A DNA stretch of 64,000 nucleotides from Octopus vulgaris (GCA_951406725.2 OX597815.1:148924001-148988000), one strand, 5' to 3'; positions 9,916 through 22,665 are shown, counted from the stretch's first letter. A program made the numbers and translations. The notes: generated by a model from the letters alone, not told the origin.

Positions 9916-12824
9916 TGTTGTGGCGAACGAAGATTTATCTGAGCGTAATTTTGGATGGTACTACGCGGATTATAATTCCACTATCTAGTTTTGCAAGGGA
10001 AGACGTAGTAAATGAGAAATTAATCCTACCACAAAAAAAAATAGTAATTTTGGTCATGTGACTCTTTTATGTAGTCTGGACTGTTTGGCGCGCTGTTACT
10101 GTGTGTATGCACTATATATACTAATGGTGAACACGTAGCGTTCAGTCTCTACCTGGAGTTTTTGCCGAGGATTATTTTGTGCTGAGGTTTGTTTTGTGCT
10201 GAACATTGTTTTGTGCTGCTTTGCAGCGGTTTTTGTGTGGAGCCGCTGGTGTTTGGTTGCAGCAAATAGTTGTGAATGATGAGGAGCTACGCTGCGGCAA
10301 CGGGAGGTCGAGCTTCTGCCGGCCCGAATGTGCTGAAACATAAAACTTCCAGTACGATAAGGACCTCATCTTGAAATGCAGAGACATGATGAAGAGGGAC
10401 CGGTCAATTATAAGATTGTGTCCCACCAGAGGGGGCTAAAGTGAAAATGGAAAACGAAGTGTTAATATACAGAACGTTTTCAAATAAAAATAGAAGTATT
10501 GAATACACACCGCAGGAATAAATAGAAGAAATTATGGAAAAATATATAAAAACTAACATATAAGTGTATATGAGTGGAAAGAGATACGCGTCAGTGGTGG
10601 TCACATTTGTATAAGAAGAAGAGGAAAAAGAAGCTCCGATATGGCGTTAGGAGGAGAGAAATGGACATTGATACACAGCTGTTTAGATAAACGAGTTGTT
10701 AGAATTATGGTTGGCAGGATCCCACCATACATTGTCCCAGAATGGATACTAGCGGCAATTTTTACTGGAAAGGAGGAAGGAGGCAACGAAGAGGTGAGGA
10801 TAAACATGATAACCTGATCCATCAAGTGAATTGCTGATGGTACGGGATAGCGGTATTTTGTGCAGCGAGCCAGAAGGGTTACGAAGATATTCCAGAAACA
10901 TTGGAGCTACCAAAAGATGAGGACCCCCAAATGTCATGAGTGTGGTGAGAGTAGGCACATAAGAAGGAGATGACCTAGGGCAGTGATCTAAACTTTTGAG
11001 GAGAGAATTCAAGAGATTGTAATGGAAGAGGGGTAGCATCAAGAAAGAGAGAGAGAAGGAGGTCACCAACGATAACGGAACAGAAAAAATACAAAGCCAA
11101 AGAAGATGTAAACCAACAAACAATGATAAACAGAAATAGTACGCCAGTGGGTTCACCAGAGAAAAATGTCACAGATAGGATAATATTTCAAAGCAGATAC
11201 ACAGACTTTCAGCCACAAAAACATACAGAATAACAGACACATAAACACATAGACATACAGTCACAAAGAAGCATAGAGAGGATAACGCAGAGTTGCAGAA
11301 ACATAAAATCACAGTCACAAAGCACTGATACGCATACACACAGAAATAAAAAATTTTCTGGTAACATAACGGAAAACGCAATAGCTGGAGAGAACAATAG
11401 CGAAAATAAAAGGGGTTGTAAAAGTGAATTTGGAAGAGGGGTACGACAAATACATGAGGTGCATCATGATGGATGATATAAAGTATAGTGCATTGAAGGA
11501 GGCTTTTCCTTCGGATATAAATCCACTTGGGCCGCAAGTGGATATCAAACTACGAGCATCGGTGGTGGATTACAACGACATCAAGGAAAAGATAAAATGG
11601 TAAGTGTGATTTGTTTTTAAAGACTGTGAAAAGACTTGGAAAAAAACAACAATTTAAAAAACATTTTGGTTTTAAAAAATGTTAATTCTCGTAAACATCT
11701 TGATTGAATGGACATTTGTGACAATTTGTGTTAAAATTTAGGTCTTAAAAAAAGTAAAATCACGTAACCATCTCGGATTGGAACCGGAATGGCCGTTTCA
11801 TCTTCATTATAATTACTTCATTTTATTCAGCCTTTCATGCATTAATTTTCCCGGCATGCGTGTATATCCTCTCTGTGTTTGGCACTTGTGGCTTGATTAA
11901 GATTAAGTCTGCACCTGGAGTCCATGTGCGACGGTTGACGTGCGTGAGTTTGTGTCTGACGGTTGGTTTGAAATGAATGCCGGGGAGACGACGTGAGCGT
12001 TTTATGTGAATAATTGATACAGCAGTCAGTACCAGGGACGGTTGAAGTACCCGAGTTGTATCAGACAGTTGGCGGCAGTGGTTTATGTGGACGGTAGGTG
12101 GCGTGAACAGTTGGTGTCGGGCGGCTGGTTTGAAGGGAGTGTCGCAGTAGTCGAAGTGAGAGGTTTATGTGAATATTTGAGATGGGCAGTTTGTTGCCGG
12201 GAGCCGATGTTAGGTAGCTAATGTTTGAGTCGCTTCCAGGCGGTCGATGTGAAGCGATCTATGTCGGGCGGTTTGTGTGGAACAGTTAACACAGTAGTTA
12301 GTGTCGAGTGACATTTAGCGTCAATTGATAAAACGGTTCGACACAACGGTGGGCGTCAATCGTTTAAAGTGAACAGTGGTGTTGTTGCTGTGACAAGGAC
12401 AGTTTTAAACTGGCTGCAAAAATAGTCAGGGTGAACTTAGCAAAGTAAAGAACACTGAATGTGAAGTTGGCTACCAGACTAATGTGAATCGGATGTAAAA
12501 ACAGAGTCCAGTCGAAAAATAAAATTAGAAAATTATTCATTTAACAGTTGCATAAAAGACGTGCTTACCAAAAAATGTAAATTGCTTAGAGGTAAAAGAA
12601 TTCGCTAAATTATATTCTATAAATGTTTATTCACCTCTTAAAGCTCAATAATTTGCTTATATTCACCAGTTTTGTTTATTGTCAAATCTTCTGATTTCTA
12701 TAGCTACTACTTCTTCTCTCTAAGCTAGTTGTCTTGCTGAGGTGACCTGTGGTTTTCCCGAGCCTCTTGCATGACTGTTGGGGCATGTGTTGGTGGTGTC
12801 AGGATGCCGCAGTGCGCAACAACA
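9916..12824. mobile_element. 2.9-kb non-coding element with TG...CA ends, probable large solo LTR
   Basis: Begins TGTTGTGGCG and ends CGCAACAACA (9/10 inverted match). Flanked by microsatellites, internally purine/G-rich on +, with sub-repeats and no credible ORF. Confidence 0.5.
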
Positions 12825-12826
12825 TA

Positions 12827-12863
<37 letters not shown>

Positions 12864-13278
12864 ACATACATACATGCATACATACATACATATATATACA
12901 TATATATATATATAAATATATATATTACATATTATATTTACATATATATATATATACATATATATATATAACATCAATAATAATAAAGGGTGAAATTAAT
13001 TAATCAATTAATAATTAGTAATTTTACCAAGTAGTTCGTTATGTTAAAAGAACCATTATCGGTAAACTTATACATAAATTCTATAATTATAACCAAAATT
13101 ATAATTACGCTTCAGCAAAATTTGCTTCGCCACATACTGAAATTTACTACCATAAGATATCTCCCAGACAGCAATTCTCAACAACTCACGCAGGTAAAGA
13201 AATTTAAAATCATATTTCTACTCACTCATTCCATTATGCTCATAATTATAGAATATATATATATATATATATATATAT

Positions 13279-13642
13279 AGTGGAAGGGCAATGGCCCAGT
13301 GGACTCGCGGTCGTAGGATCGCGATTTCGATTCCCTTTCGATTCTCAGACCGGGCTTTTGTGAGAGGTTTATTGTAAAAACACCTAATGCTCTACGAGGC
13401 TCCAGCGTGGTGTACAACCCCGTTCTACCACAACTTTCTCTCGCTCTTCCTGTTTCTGTTGTAACTGTATTTCAAAGGGCCAGCCTTGTCACACTCTGTG
13501 TCACGCTGAATCTCCCCGAGGAATACGTTAGTGGTACACGTGTCTGGGGAGTACTCAGCCCCTTGCACGTTAATTTCACGAGCGAGCTGTCCCGTAGATC
13601 CAATCAAGTGGAACCCTAGTCGTCGTAACCGAAGGAGTAGCC
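13279..13642 (+). mobile_element. tRNA-derived SINE, near full length
   Basis: A-box-like TGGCCCAGTGG, B-box-like TTTCGATTCC, body shared with 3281-3466, inserted in (TA)n. Confidence 0.7.
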
Positions 13643-15033
13643 CGAATATATATATATATATCGACGGGAGAGAGGGATGGGGAGAAATACACATGGACTC
13701 TATATCATATATCTCAGCTCAATTTATTTCAGCGGTTTCAGCGGGACTGTGTAATGTTTCAATGATAATTTACACTCTCTGCGATACATCTTACATGTCA
13801 CGTTGTTACAAATATAGAGGAAAATTAAACACTTTACCTTAACTGTGAACGTACCATCTTACAAACTGCTGCGCGTTTTATATGTTCACAGGTGCACAGA
13901 GCCCTAAGGTTCAGATTTCTCTTTCTATCATCAAGTTTTGTTATTCACTTCCTTTTTACAAGCATTTTATTAAAGGTCATAGATTTTTACAGAGTCCTTT
14001 TGTACAAAATGATGATGACTTTTCCGCTTTACATAAATAATAGCTCTGTAAATGATATCAGACTCACAGAAGCATTAAATATCTCGCATATTTTAATATA
14101 TTATTTGTCTCTAAAGGAATATGTATTTAAATGAATTCTAAGGCTCAGTTATCCATGCAATTATATACATTTATTAACACATGTATATGCATAACTAAAC
14201 GAAACTGGAGATCAGACAGACACTTGAGCAAATTACATTTTTAGTGATCTAATAAATACCATTATCGATTCCATAATGTCCAAGGGAAAAAGCAAACATT
14301 TCCCAACAGAAACTAGTCATTAATGCATTTAAATATTCTTTCATTTTCTTTAGTTCCAAAATTATACGACTGAAAGCATGCCAATTCGTAAAAGAATAAT
14401 ATTTTATGAGTTAATAGGAGCATTATTTGATAGATTACATATATTTGAATTTCGAAATGCTAAGAGTTACTCTTTGTGCTGATCGAAGGAATTCATTGCG
14501 TCAGATTTTATGTTAAGGGTAGTCAATCACCAGCTACCCACTGAGGGAAACAAAGGAGCAGAGATACAGCTGATATCCCAGAGGTTTAAGCCACAATAAG
14601 AATTTGACATAGGTAACCAGACAATTCGAAATTTAAACATAAGAACACAAGCAAACACGTACACACACACACGAAAAGCGCATACACGAACACGAATACA
14701 CAATTACACCGATACACACACAGAATGTAAGTGAATTAATAAAGAGTGTTGATCAAGTGATAATTATACGTCTTTAGTAAAGGTGAAGAGCAGCTAGTCC
14801 GATCATGTGTGTAGTTTCTCAGAGGAGCCGCTATTGATATTGGTATGTAGGCAGTCATGAATTAAAATACTGGTGCTGCGAGTCTGTAGGTGTTGATAAA
14901 CTTAGGTCCTTATTCGGTGATATGTTTCCAATGGAAAGCCTCAAGGTCATGGAAGCAGTATCCTATGACCTAGTGCGTGTGTGGGGTGGTGTGGACGTAT
15001 CCAAGAGAAAGGTTGTGTAAGGATAGACATAGG

Positions 15034-15360
15034 TAAAAGACCCCCTTCGGTCATGAATGACCATGGGATTGCACCTAGAAAGTTACCCTCCTAGACACAA
15101 GTCCGGGCAAGGTTGTTTTATGGAAGGCTAGCAGTCGCCCATGCATACCAGCCTCCCCTCTCCACGCCACCAGTGTTATCCAAGGGAAAGACAAAGGTCG
15201 ATACAGCTTGGAACCAGTGACGTCGCAACTCATTTCTGCAGCTGAGTGAACTGGAGCAACGTGAAAAATAAAGTGCCTTGCTCGAGAACACAACACGCAG
15301 CCCGGTCCGGGATTCGAGCTCACAACCTCACGATCGTAAGCTCGACGCTCTAACCACTGA
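15034..15360 (-). mobile_element. tRNA-derived SINE with CORE-like domain
   Basis: Minus strand reads TCAGTGGTTAGAGCG...GAGCTCGAATCCCGG (A/B boxes), then GAGCAAGGCACTTTATT...TTGCTCCAGTTCACTCAGCTG. Copies at 47648-48000, 53858-54005, 36345-36497 and 27663-27785. Confidence 0.8.
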
Positions 15361-15655
15361 CATAGGTACATGCTGTATATTTAACCATGTATCGTAGGTG
15401 GTGGTGTGTTCATCACAAAAAAAAGAACATAAAGACAAACTTATGATTATCTAGGACGGTAGTGAAGACGCGTGGCTTAGTGGTTAAGAAATTTAGCTCG
15501 CAATCATAAGGTCATGAGTTGCATCTGGTCTCATGCAATCGTTCATGCCCACAAGGGAGCAACGTATCTTGAAGATAGAGCAATTGCTGTGATAATATAA
15601 TATTTTTTCTGGTAAATTCCGTCTTTTATTTTTAATTCTAATACACACACACACA

Positions 15656-15728
<73 letters not shown>

Positions 15729-16134
15729 GGTAGGTAGGTAGGTAGGTAGGTAGGTAAGTAGGTAGGTAGGTAGGTATGCATGTATATGTGTATGTGAGTC
15801 TGATGTTGGTCTCAACACCGACTGACAACCTATGTTTTTATTAGGCCCCGTGACCTAACTGTACGACAAAGAGAGAGGTGGAGATTAAATACCCAGCCTT
15901 CAAAACGATAAAATACTGGGTGCGATTTGATTGGCGAAAGCTGGAACTCGGTGAAGAATAAATAAAAGATATATATGCACGTATTTCTTTTATTTGCCTA
16001 TATATGGGTTTTTTAATCCATATAAAGTTTTACTCATATATGCTACAGCTACTACGGGTGTCAGTCAGTGGTGAGACACACAACTGACTGACGCCCGTTG
16101 TATATGTTATAACTGCTAACAACTACGGTTCGAT

Positions 16135-16289
16135 ATTTAAGATATGAGGAATTCTGCACATTATTTACATTATTTCTCTTTGACGGATATTTATTTGTCC
16201 TCTTCTTGTTTGATAATCCCCCCAGCGTTCTTCAGGTGTCTTTAGGAAATTTGGAATCTGTGTTCTCATTGCGAATGTATTTTTCGATG

Positions 16290-16292
<3 letters not shown>
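16135..16292 (-). mobile_element. Penelope-type tail of the tRNA-head/(AAT)n element, left arm of a nested cluster
   Basis: Reverse complement matches 20660-20800 and 54668-54850 (GACACCTGAAGAA...GAGGACAAAT...ATCCGTCAAA). Confidence 0.65.
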
Positions 16293-16371
<79 letters not shown>

Positions 16372-16380
16372 TACTACTAC

Positions 16381-16471
<91 letters not shown>
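16293..16471. repeat. (ATT)n microsatellite, insertion target of R4/Dong LINEs
   Basis: Direct reading. Further (ATT)n tracts at about 19206-19346, 19883-19932, 54885-54955, 55568-55716 and 55961-56180. Confidence 0.95.
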
Positions 16472-16474
<3 letters not shown>

Positions 16475-19205
16475 TAGTTTTATTTTTATAACGTGCTTTC
16501 ATTTCACTACCGAGCGCAGCTCTGTGTGCCTTGGGTATGTGCTGTGATTTGTTGTGATGCTCTGATGGTTATTGTATGGAAAGTGTTCTGCGTAGGATGT
16601 GTGCAGTGCCTAGTAGTGCAATTTTCTGTATGTTATATGTGTTTGTAAGACCTGGTGTTTTGTTTTGTATTTGTCTGAATATTTTTTTTTATCATGCCTA
16701 ATGCACCTACTATGATAGGAATTGTTCCTGTTTTTAGATTCCATATTCTGGTTACCTCTATTTCCAGGTCTTTCTATTTTGAAAGTTTCTCCATTTCTTT
16801 TAGAGACACATTGTCATCTGCCGGTATTGATACATCAATTAGAAAGCATTTTTTTCTTCATGATTTCTGACAACTATATCTGGTCTGTTGGCCTTAATTT
16901 CTCTATCTGTGTGTATCGGTATATCCCAGAGTATGGTTGCTTTCTCGTTTTCTGTGACCTTTTCTGGTGTGTGCCTATACCATCATTTTTCTGTTGTCAT
17001 TCCATAATGTTGGCATAGCTTCCAGTGTATGTAGGTTTCAACTCTGTCATGTCTGTGAATATATTCCTTCTTAGCCAGGACTGGGCAGCCAGAGATAATA
17101 TGATTTATTGTTTCTTGTCCACATATTCTGCAGTTACTTGTTATATTTCTTTTCATTACATGTTTTTGCTAATTTCTGGTGGGGAGGCTTTGGTCTTGTG
17201 CTGCAATTAAAAATCCCTCTGTCTCTGCTTTGAGTCCTGAGCTTCTCAACCATTGCTGGGATTTTTCTTTGTCTATTTCTTTTGCGTTTAGTTTAGTCCA
17301 GTATTTACCATGAAGAGGCTTTTCTTGCCATCGTTTTATCATGGTTCGTTGCTGTTCTATTTTTAGTTTGGATTTCATTTGTTTTATAGCTTTTGTTGTT
17401 CCTTCTTCTTCTTCTTCTTCTTCTTCTTCTTCTTCTTCTTCTTCTTCTTCTTCTTCTTCTTCTTCTTCTTCTTCTTCTTCTTCACCTTCATATTTATTAG
17501 GTGGTATGATTTCTTGTTTGTATTTGTCAGCTTCCTTAAATACTGAGAACAGTTTTTTGTTTTGCTCGTGTTTTGCCGCTATTTGTATCAGTTTTCCTTC
17601 CCTCTGAAGTAGATATATTTGCAGTCCTATGATTGTTATTTTATAGTAGTTTTCCAGCTGTATAAGGCCTCTACCACCTTCTATATGTTGTATATATAGT
17701 TTTTCTATGTCAGATTTTGGGTAATGCATCCTAGATCCTGTCATTACTTTTCTTCTTTTCCTATCAATTTTGGTCAGTTCATTTAGTGTCCAGTTAAGGA
17801 TATTGTAGCTGTAACATATAACTGGGACAGCTAAAGTGTTAATACCTATTATCTTGTTTTTAGCATTGAGCTTTGTTTTTAGTATTGATCTAACTCGTCT
17901 ATAATATTCTTTTTTTATTTTCTCTTTCAATTGTGTGTGTTGTGTCTTACCTAGTTCATGGATTCCTAAGTATTTGTAAGTTTGGCTTTGGTGTAGTTCT
18001 CTTATTTCATTGGTTTTATCTAGTGTGATGTTGGTACTCTTAACTAGTTTTCCTCTTTTCAGGGTTACTTTGGCGCATTTTTCTAATTCAAATTTCATAT
18101 CTATTTCTTTGGTAAATCTATGAACTGTCTTTAATAGGGTTTCCAGCTGTTTGTCATTTGCAGCGTATAGTTTTAGCTCATCCATATATAGAAGGTGGCT
18201 GATCGTTTTGCCATAACATTTATATCCGCATACAGTTCTATTTAGCATATCAGATAGAGGTGACAGTGCCAAGCAGAAATGGAATGGAGAGAGCGTGTCT
18301 CCCTGGAATATTCCTCTTCTAACGAGGATGGCTTTGGTTTTCACAAGTCCCTCTTTTGTTTGGAGCTGTAGCACTGTTTGCCATTTATTTATAGAGTGCC
18401 CTATGAATTTTATAATTGTTGGTGCTACTTTGTTAATGGCTAGTGTTTCGAGGATCCATGTGTGAAGGATGCTATCAAACGCTTTTCTGTAGTCAATCCA
18501 GGCCATACTGAGGCATTTCTTCTTTCTGTGGCTGTCTTCAGCTATGGCTTTATTAATCATTAGTTGATCTTTACAGCCATATGCGCCTTTCGGCATCCTT
18601 TCTACTCTCCTGGATACAGGTTGTTTTCGTCCAGATGCTTGTTCAACCTTTGCGATATCACTGCAATAAATGCCTTGCACATTGTAGGGAGACAGGTTAT
18701 TGGTCTGTATTTTTCTGGTTTTGCTGTCTCATTTGATTTGGGAATTAAGTCGGTTTTCCCTTTCGTGAGCCATTCAGGCATTGTCTCTGGCTCTGCTAGT
18801 ATGTTGTTAAAGTTTTCAGCCAGCTTTTTCTGCATTCCTGTTAGATATTTCAACCAGAAGTTGGGGATCTTGTCATGCCCAGGTGCTTTCCAGTTGCTAA
18901 GTCTTTGCAGTGCCTGGGTGACCTCTTCAGTTGTTATGAGGGTCCAAAGTTGCTCTGATCCTGAGTTTGTTGTTTTAATACTCCTTTTTTTTTGGTTGTT
19001 CCTTCGCCGACCATATTTCTCTCCAGAATTCTTCCACTTCTCCTGCCGTTGGCGCTGCAGTGATTTCTATTTTATTTTTGCCAAGGTCTTGGTAGAACAT
19101 TTTGGTGTTGGAGCTGAACTTTTTGTTTTGTTCAAAGAAGCGCTGGTGTTTCTCGTACCGGCGGATCCTTTGTGCTTTGGCAAGGATATCTTGCTTCAGC
19201 TTTTC
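16472..19205 (-). mobile_element. R4/Dong-clade non-LTR retrotransposon, 5'-truncated and frameshifted (RT + CCHC + restriction-like endonuclease)
   Basis: RT motifs GIFQGDTLSP, YMDELKLY and YKYLG in ORF 17169-18680, with KYRPITCLPT upstream. Zinc knuckle CRICG..ETINHIISGC, RLE motif NRPDIVV...LIDVSIP and end GTAHILRRTLSIQ*. Both ends abut (TAA)n, the known Dong target. Confidence 0.92.
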
Positions 19206-19274
<69 letters not shown>

Positions 19275-19346
19275 CATTATTATTATTATCATTATTATTA
19301 TTATCATTATTATTATTATCATTATTATTATTATTATTATCATTAT

Positions 19347-19884
19347 TGAGTGAGAGAGCAGTGACATTGGTGTAAAATATAAGTCGCCCAGTATAACAAT
19401 CATGACTACCCGTCTGATAAGGGTACACTAGATATATGCATCACAATCAAAAATGCGCAACATGGTGATCTCATATCAAGATAAACAGCACATGACATTG
19501 TAGGTGGGGCCAGGTTAGAATTTCTACTGGTCGAGTAACCCATCACGTTCAAAAGGTCCCTAAATAACGGTTAAGGATGTTGAACGAAACACCCATGTTT
19601 CCAGAGGTGAATTTTTCAAATCCCAAAGAGTCTCTCCCAACACATATCTATGATGCTCTCCCACTACTTCTGCTCGTGATCAGAGATACACGTATCGTCA
19701 ACCACAAAGGGACATGCTAAACTGGTTAAGGTCAAACAACTGACAAGTAATTATGTGGTATTGAGCAGAATATTTGCTGTAACCCATCTTTTATACCAAG
19801 ACAAAACAATGTACATGATAACACTTCCAATCAGTTAAGATCAGAAGCCACGAGAGCCACTGCCTGGTACTGCATCAGGGCATT
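19347..19884. mobile_element. Unclassified ~540-bp non-coding repeat embedded in (ATT)n
   Basis: A second copy at about 55183-55567 aligns over about 380 bp. Both copies are bounded by ATT repeats. Confidence 0.7.
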
Positions 19885-19894
19885 ATTATTATTA

Positions 19895-19932
<38 letters not shown>

Positions 19933-19933
<1 letters not shown>

Positions 19934-20543
19934 TATGTTTGACTTTTGCCTTATGTCTGTACAAGTTGGCTCCAAGTCTCACCCAGAGACCTCAAGAGAC
20001 AACAGGTTGGAAGTTCTGTGCCATATATTTGGTGGTTTTTTTTTAGGGTTTTTTTTGGTGTTGTACTAGTGAATGTCTAATACATAAAAATAAAATAAAA
20101 TTAAAAAAATAAAATAAAATAAAATAAATAAATAAAAAAAAGTTTGTTTTAAACCTTGGTATTACATAGAGAGTATTTTGCGTAGGATATGAGTAGTTCC
20201 CATGAGCACTATCTTTTGAATTTCTGCCATTTTGGGGTTTCCTGGTATCTGAGTTAGGTAGCAATCAGTCCCTTTCGCTATCATTCCCAGGGCACCTATG
20301 ACAACAGGTATTGTTTTAGTCTTCAGCTTCCACATTTTGCTGATTTCTATTTCAAGATCTTTATATTTGCTCAGTTTTTGTTAGGTCTTGACAGATACGT
20401 TTATATCGATTGGGACAGTCATATCAATGAGGAGGTATATTCTTTGTCTGAAGTCTTTCAGTATGATGTCTGGCCTATTTGCATCTATCTTCCTGTCAGT
20501 TTGAATGGTGAAGTTCCAGAGGAGTGAGATGTGGTCATTTTCT
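19933..20543 (-). mobile_element. 3' fragment of a second R4/Dong-type LINE family (RLE domain plus 3'UTR)
   Basis: Minus-strand translation KIDANRPDIILKDF..LLIDMTVP..KYKDLEIEISKMW..IPVVIGALG..GTTHILRKILSM*. Flanked by (ATT)n. Confidence 0.85.
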
Positions 20544-20552
20544 TATTATTAT

Positions 20553-20579
20553 TCAGGTTCGATTCCAGAGTGTGACCCA

Positions 20580-20653
<74 letters not shown>

Positions 20654-20805
20654 CAACAAAATCATCGAAAATTTCCTTAGGTATGAAAACCTACGTTCGA
20701 AATTTCCCCAAGACTCCTTATGAAGTTTGGAGGGCATATCTGCCGAAACGTTGTGTTAACAAGAAATAAGATAACGACAAATACCTGTCAAATGTAAATA
20801 ATACT
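20553..20805 (+). mobile_element. tRNA B-box remnant + (AAT)n + Penelope-type tail with degenerate hammerhead, right arm of the nested cluster
   Basis: GGTTCGATTCC at 20556, (AAT)n, then GACTC-CTTATGA-A-GTTTG..CTGCC-GAAAC-GTT-GTGTT at 20712-20757. Confidence 0.7.
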
Positions 20806-21952
20806 AACAACTACTGCTAACATTAGTACTTCTTCAGTGGCTGTCACCTTGTTCTTTATACGGTTGGTGTTAGCATTTTTCCATATTGTCTATAGTCACA
20901 GAACGATAACTTATCATATTTGAAACTATTAAATTTTGATTCCACCTAAAGGTAAAATCTCACACGTGTTCCCTCCGAGAGTAGAGACAGAGGGAATGTA
21001 CATATCAAAACCACGAATTCCAACCACTTTGTCATGATAGCCAGATGATATGCCTATACAAAGGAGACGTAAAACGAAGCTTTTAAAATCCGCTGGCGAA
21101 CAACTATATATCAAACTAGACGTACCGGGAGTGTTTTTATGACGAGATCTCTGACGGTGCGACTAAGGGTTTGGCCACAAGCAATAAATATTTTATTGCT
21201 GTTAATACTTTCTGTATGCTTTCGAATCTTTCTCTCTCTTCTCCTATAAGTGTGTTTGTGTGAGTATGAATATGTATGGCGCGTATGAAATTTTGCGAAC
21301 AGTTGTATTTATATTTGCAAATTTGCATACACCCTTGCACTTGTATTTATGAATATACTTTCTCGAGCACGACTGGATACCAAAATATTATAATATATTC
21401 TTATTAATCATTTATTTTTTCTTACTTAAGACCTGAAAATGATAAATGATGTTAGCATATGACACTTCACATGTGGTATCTTATTGTAATATGAAATACC
21501 ACAGTGTCGTAAATGGCTAATAAATTATTGTTTTCTGTTTTCCCAACTTGCTTGGTTCAAAGCATTTTCAATAATATCTATGGATGAGAAATATATCAAG
21601 GCATAAAACACTTAAATTTTTTTTCAATCGGAAAACGAACAACAAAAACAAATGTTTAAATAAAGAAGAAATAAGGGAACACAAAAAATATTCCTAGCAA
21701 ATCAAAACGTTTTGTATTTTCCTACATCTAATAATACCCATGTGTGCGACATTATGTTTCTACTTTGGAATGTAGTTTTAGGTTCACATGTGATAATATT
21801 CACCTCAATATTCAGGATATATAAAAATGATGTTTACCATTGTCGCCAGATGGCATAATTTTAAATAGGTTTAGTATTTTAGTATAAAATAGTGTATATT
21901 TACTTGAATTCTCATGTTGTCTATTACGTAACTAATGTTTGCGGTCGTATTA

Positions 21953-22665
21953 TACGAAGGTTGGCTGAGAAGTTCATAGGATGTATAAGATATTCTTATG
22001 GAATGTGTTCAACTGAGTTTTATTTTTCAACATAGCGCCACTTGTGGTCCACAAAGTACTTCCATATGTATTGCATTCTTTGGAACCTATTGATAAAGAA
22101 GCTTTCATGCATTTGGGCGAAAAAGGCATCAACAGCAGACATCACGCCATCACTCCTCTACTGCTTCCCAGTCAAATGTTTTTACACGTTAGGGAATTGA
22201 TGACAATCAGATAGGGACAAATAAGGATAGGGAAAGTGATCAACCAGTTCAAAGCCAGAAGCACGAACACCAAGGACTTGGCCTGCTGGATTAAACAAGA
22301 CACCTTTCATTAGTTTTCCCGGGCGTTTGGTCTTGATAGTCTTTCGAAATTGTCTCAACAAGTTGGCATAATACTCCCCAATGATGGTGTGGACCTTTTG
22401 AAAACAGTCAATAAAAACAATAGTTTGCATACCAAAATGCGGAGCCCATCATCTTCTCTGCAGATGAAACTACCTTGCTCCTCTTTGGATCAGGTGAGGA
22501 CGGGTGTTTTCACTGCATGGATTATCGCTTTATCTCTGGCAACGAAATAAAGAAACCACCTGCTTCAATCATTGTCAAATTGTCGTGTGTTATGATCAGC
22601 CTGATGAACTTTTGATCATGTACCAGAAAACTTGACACCCACCCAGCGGAAACCTCTGTCATATC
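21953..22665 (-). mobile_element. Mariner (Tc1/mariner) transposase relic
   Basis: FIDCFQKVHTIIGEYYANLLRQFRKTIKTKRPGK, GFELVDHFPYPYLSLSDCHQFP (degenerate HPPYSPDLAPSD) and VSAGWVS (WVPR-like). TA + CGAAGGTTGGCTGAGAAGTTC TIR-like end at 21953. Confidence 0.8.

Noticed and set aside
10423-10436. CTCF-like motif CCACCAGAGGGGGC
   Set aside because: A single imperfect match inside a probable mobile element, expected by chance at this scale.
19825-19882. Short resemblance to U2 snRNA (TAAGATCA, CCTGGTACTGCA) or an HDV-like ribozyme at the end of the 540-bp repeat
   Set aside because: The matches are too short and wrongly spaced for U2, and no HDV double pseudoknot could be built by eye.
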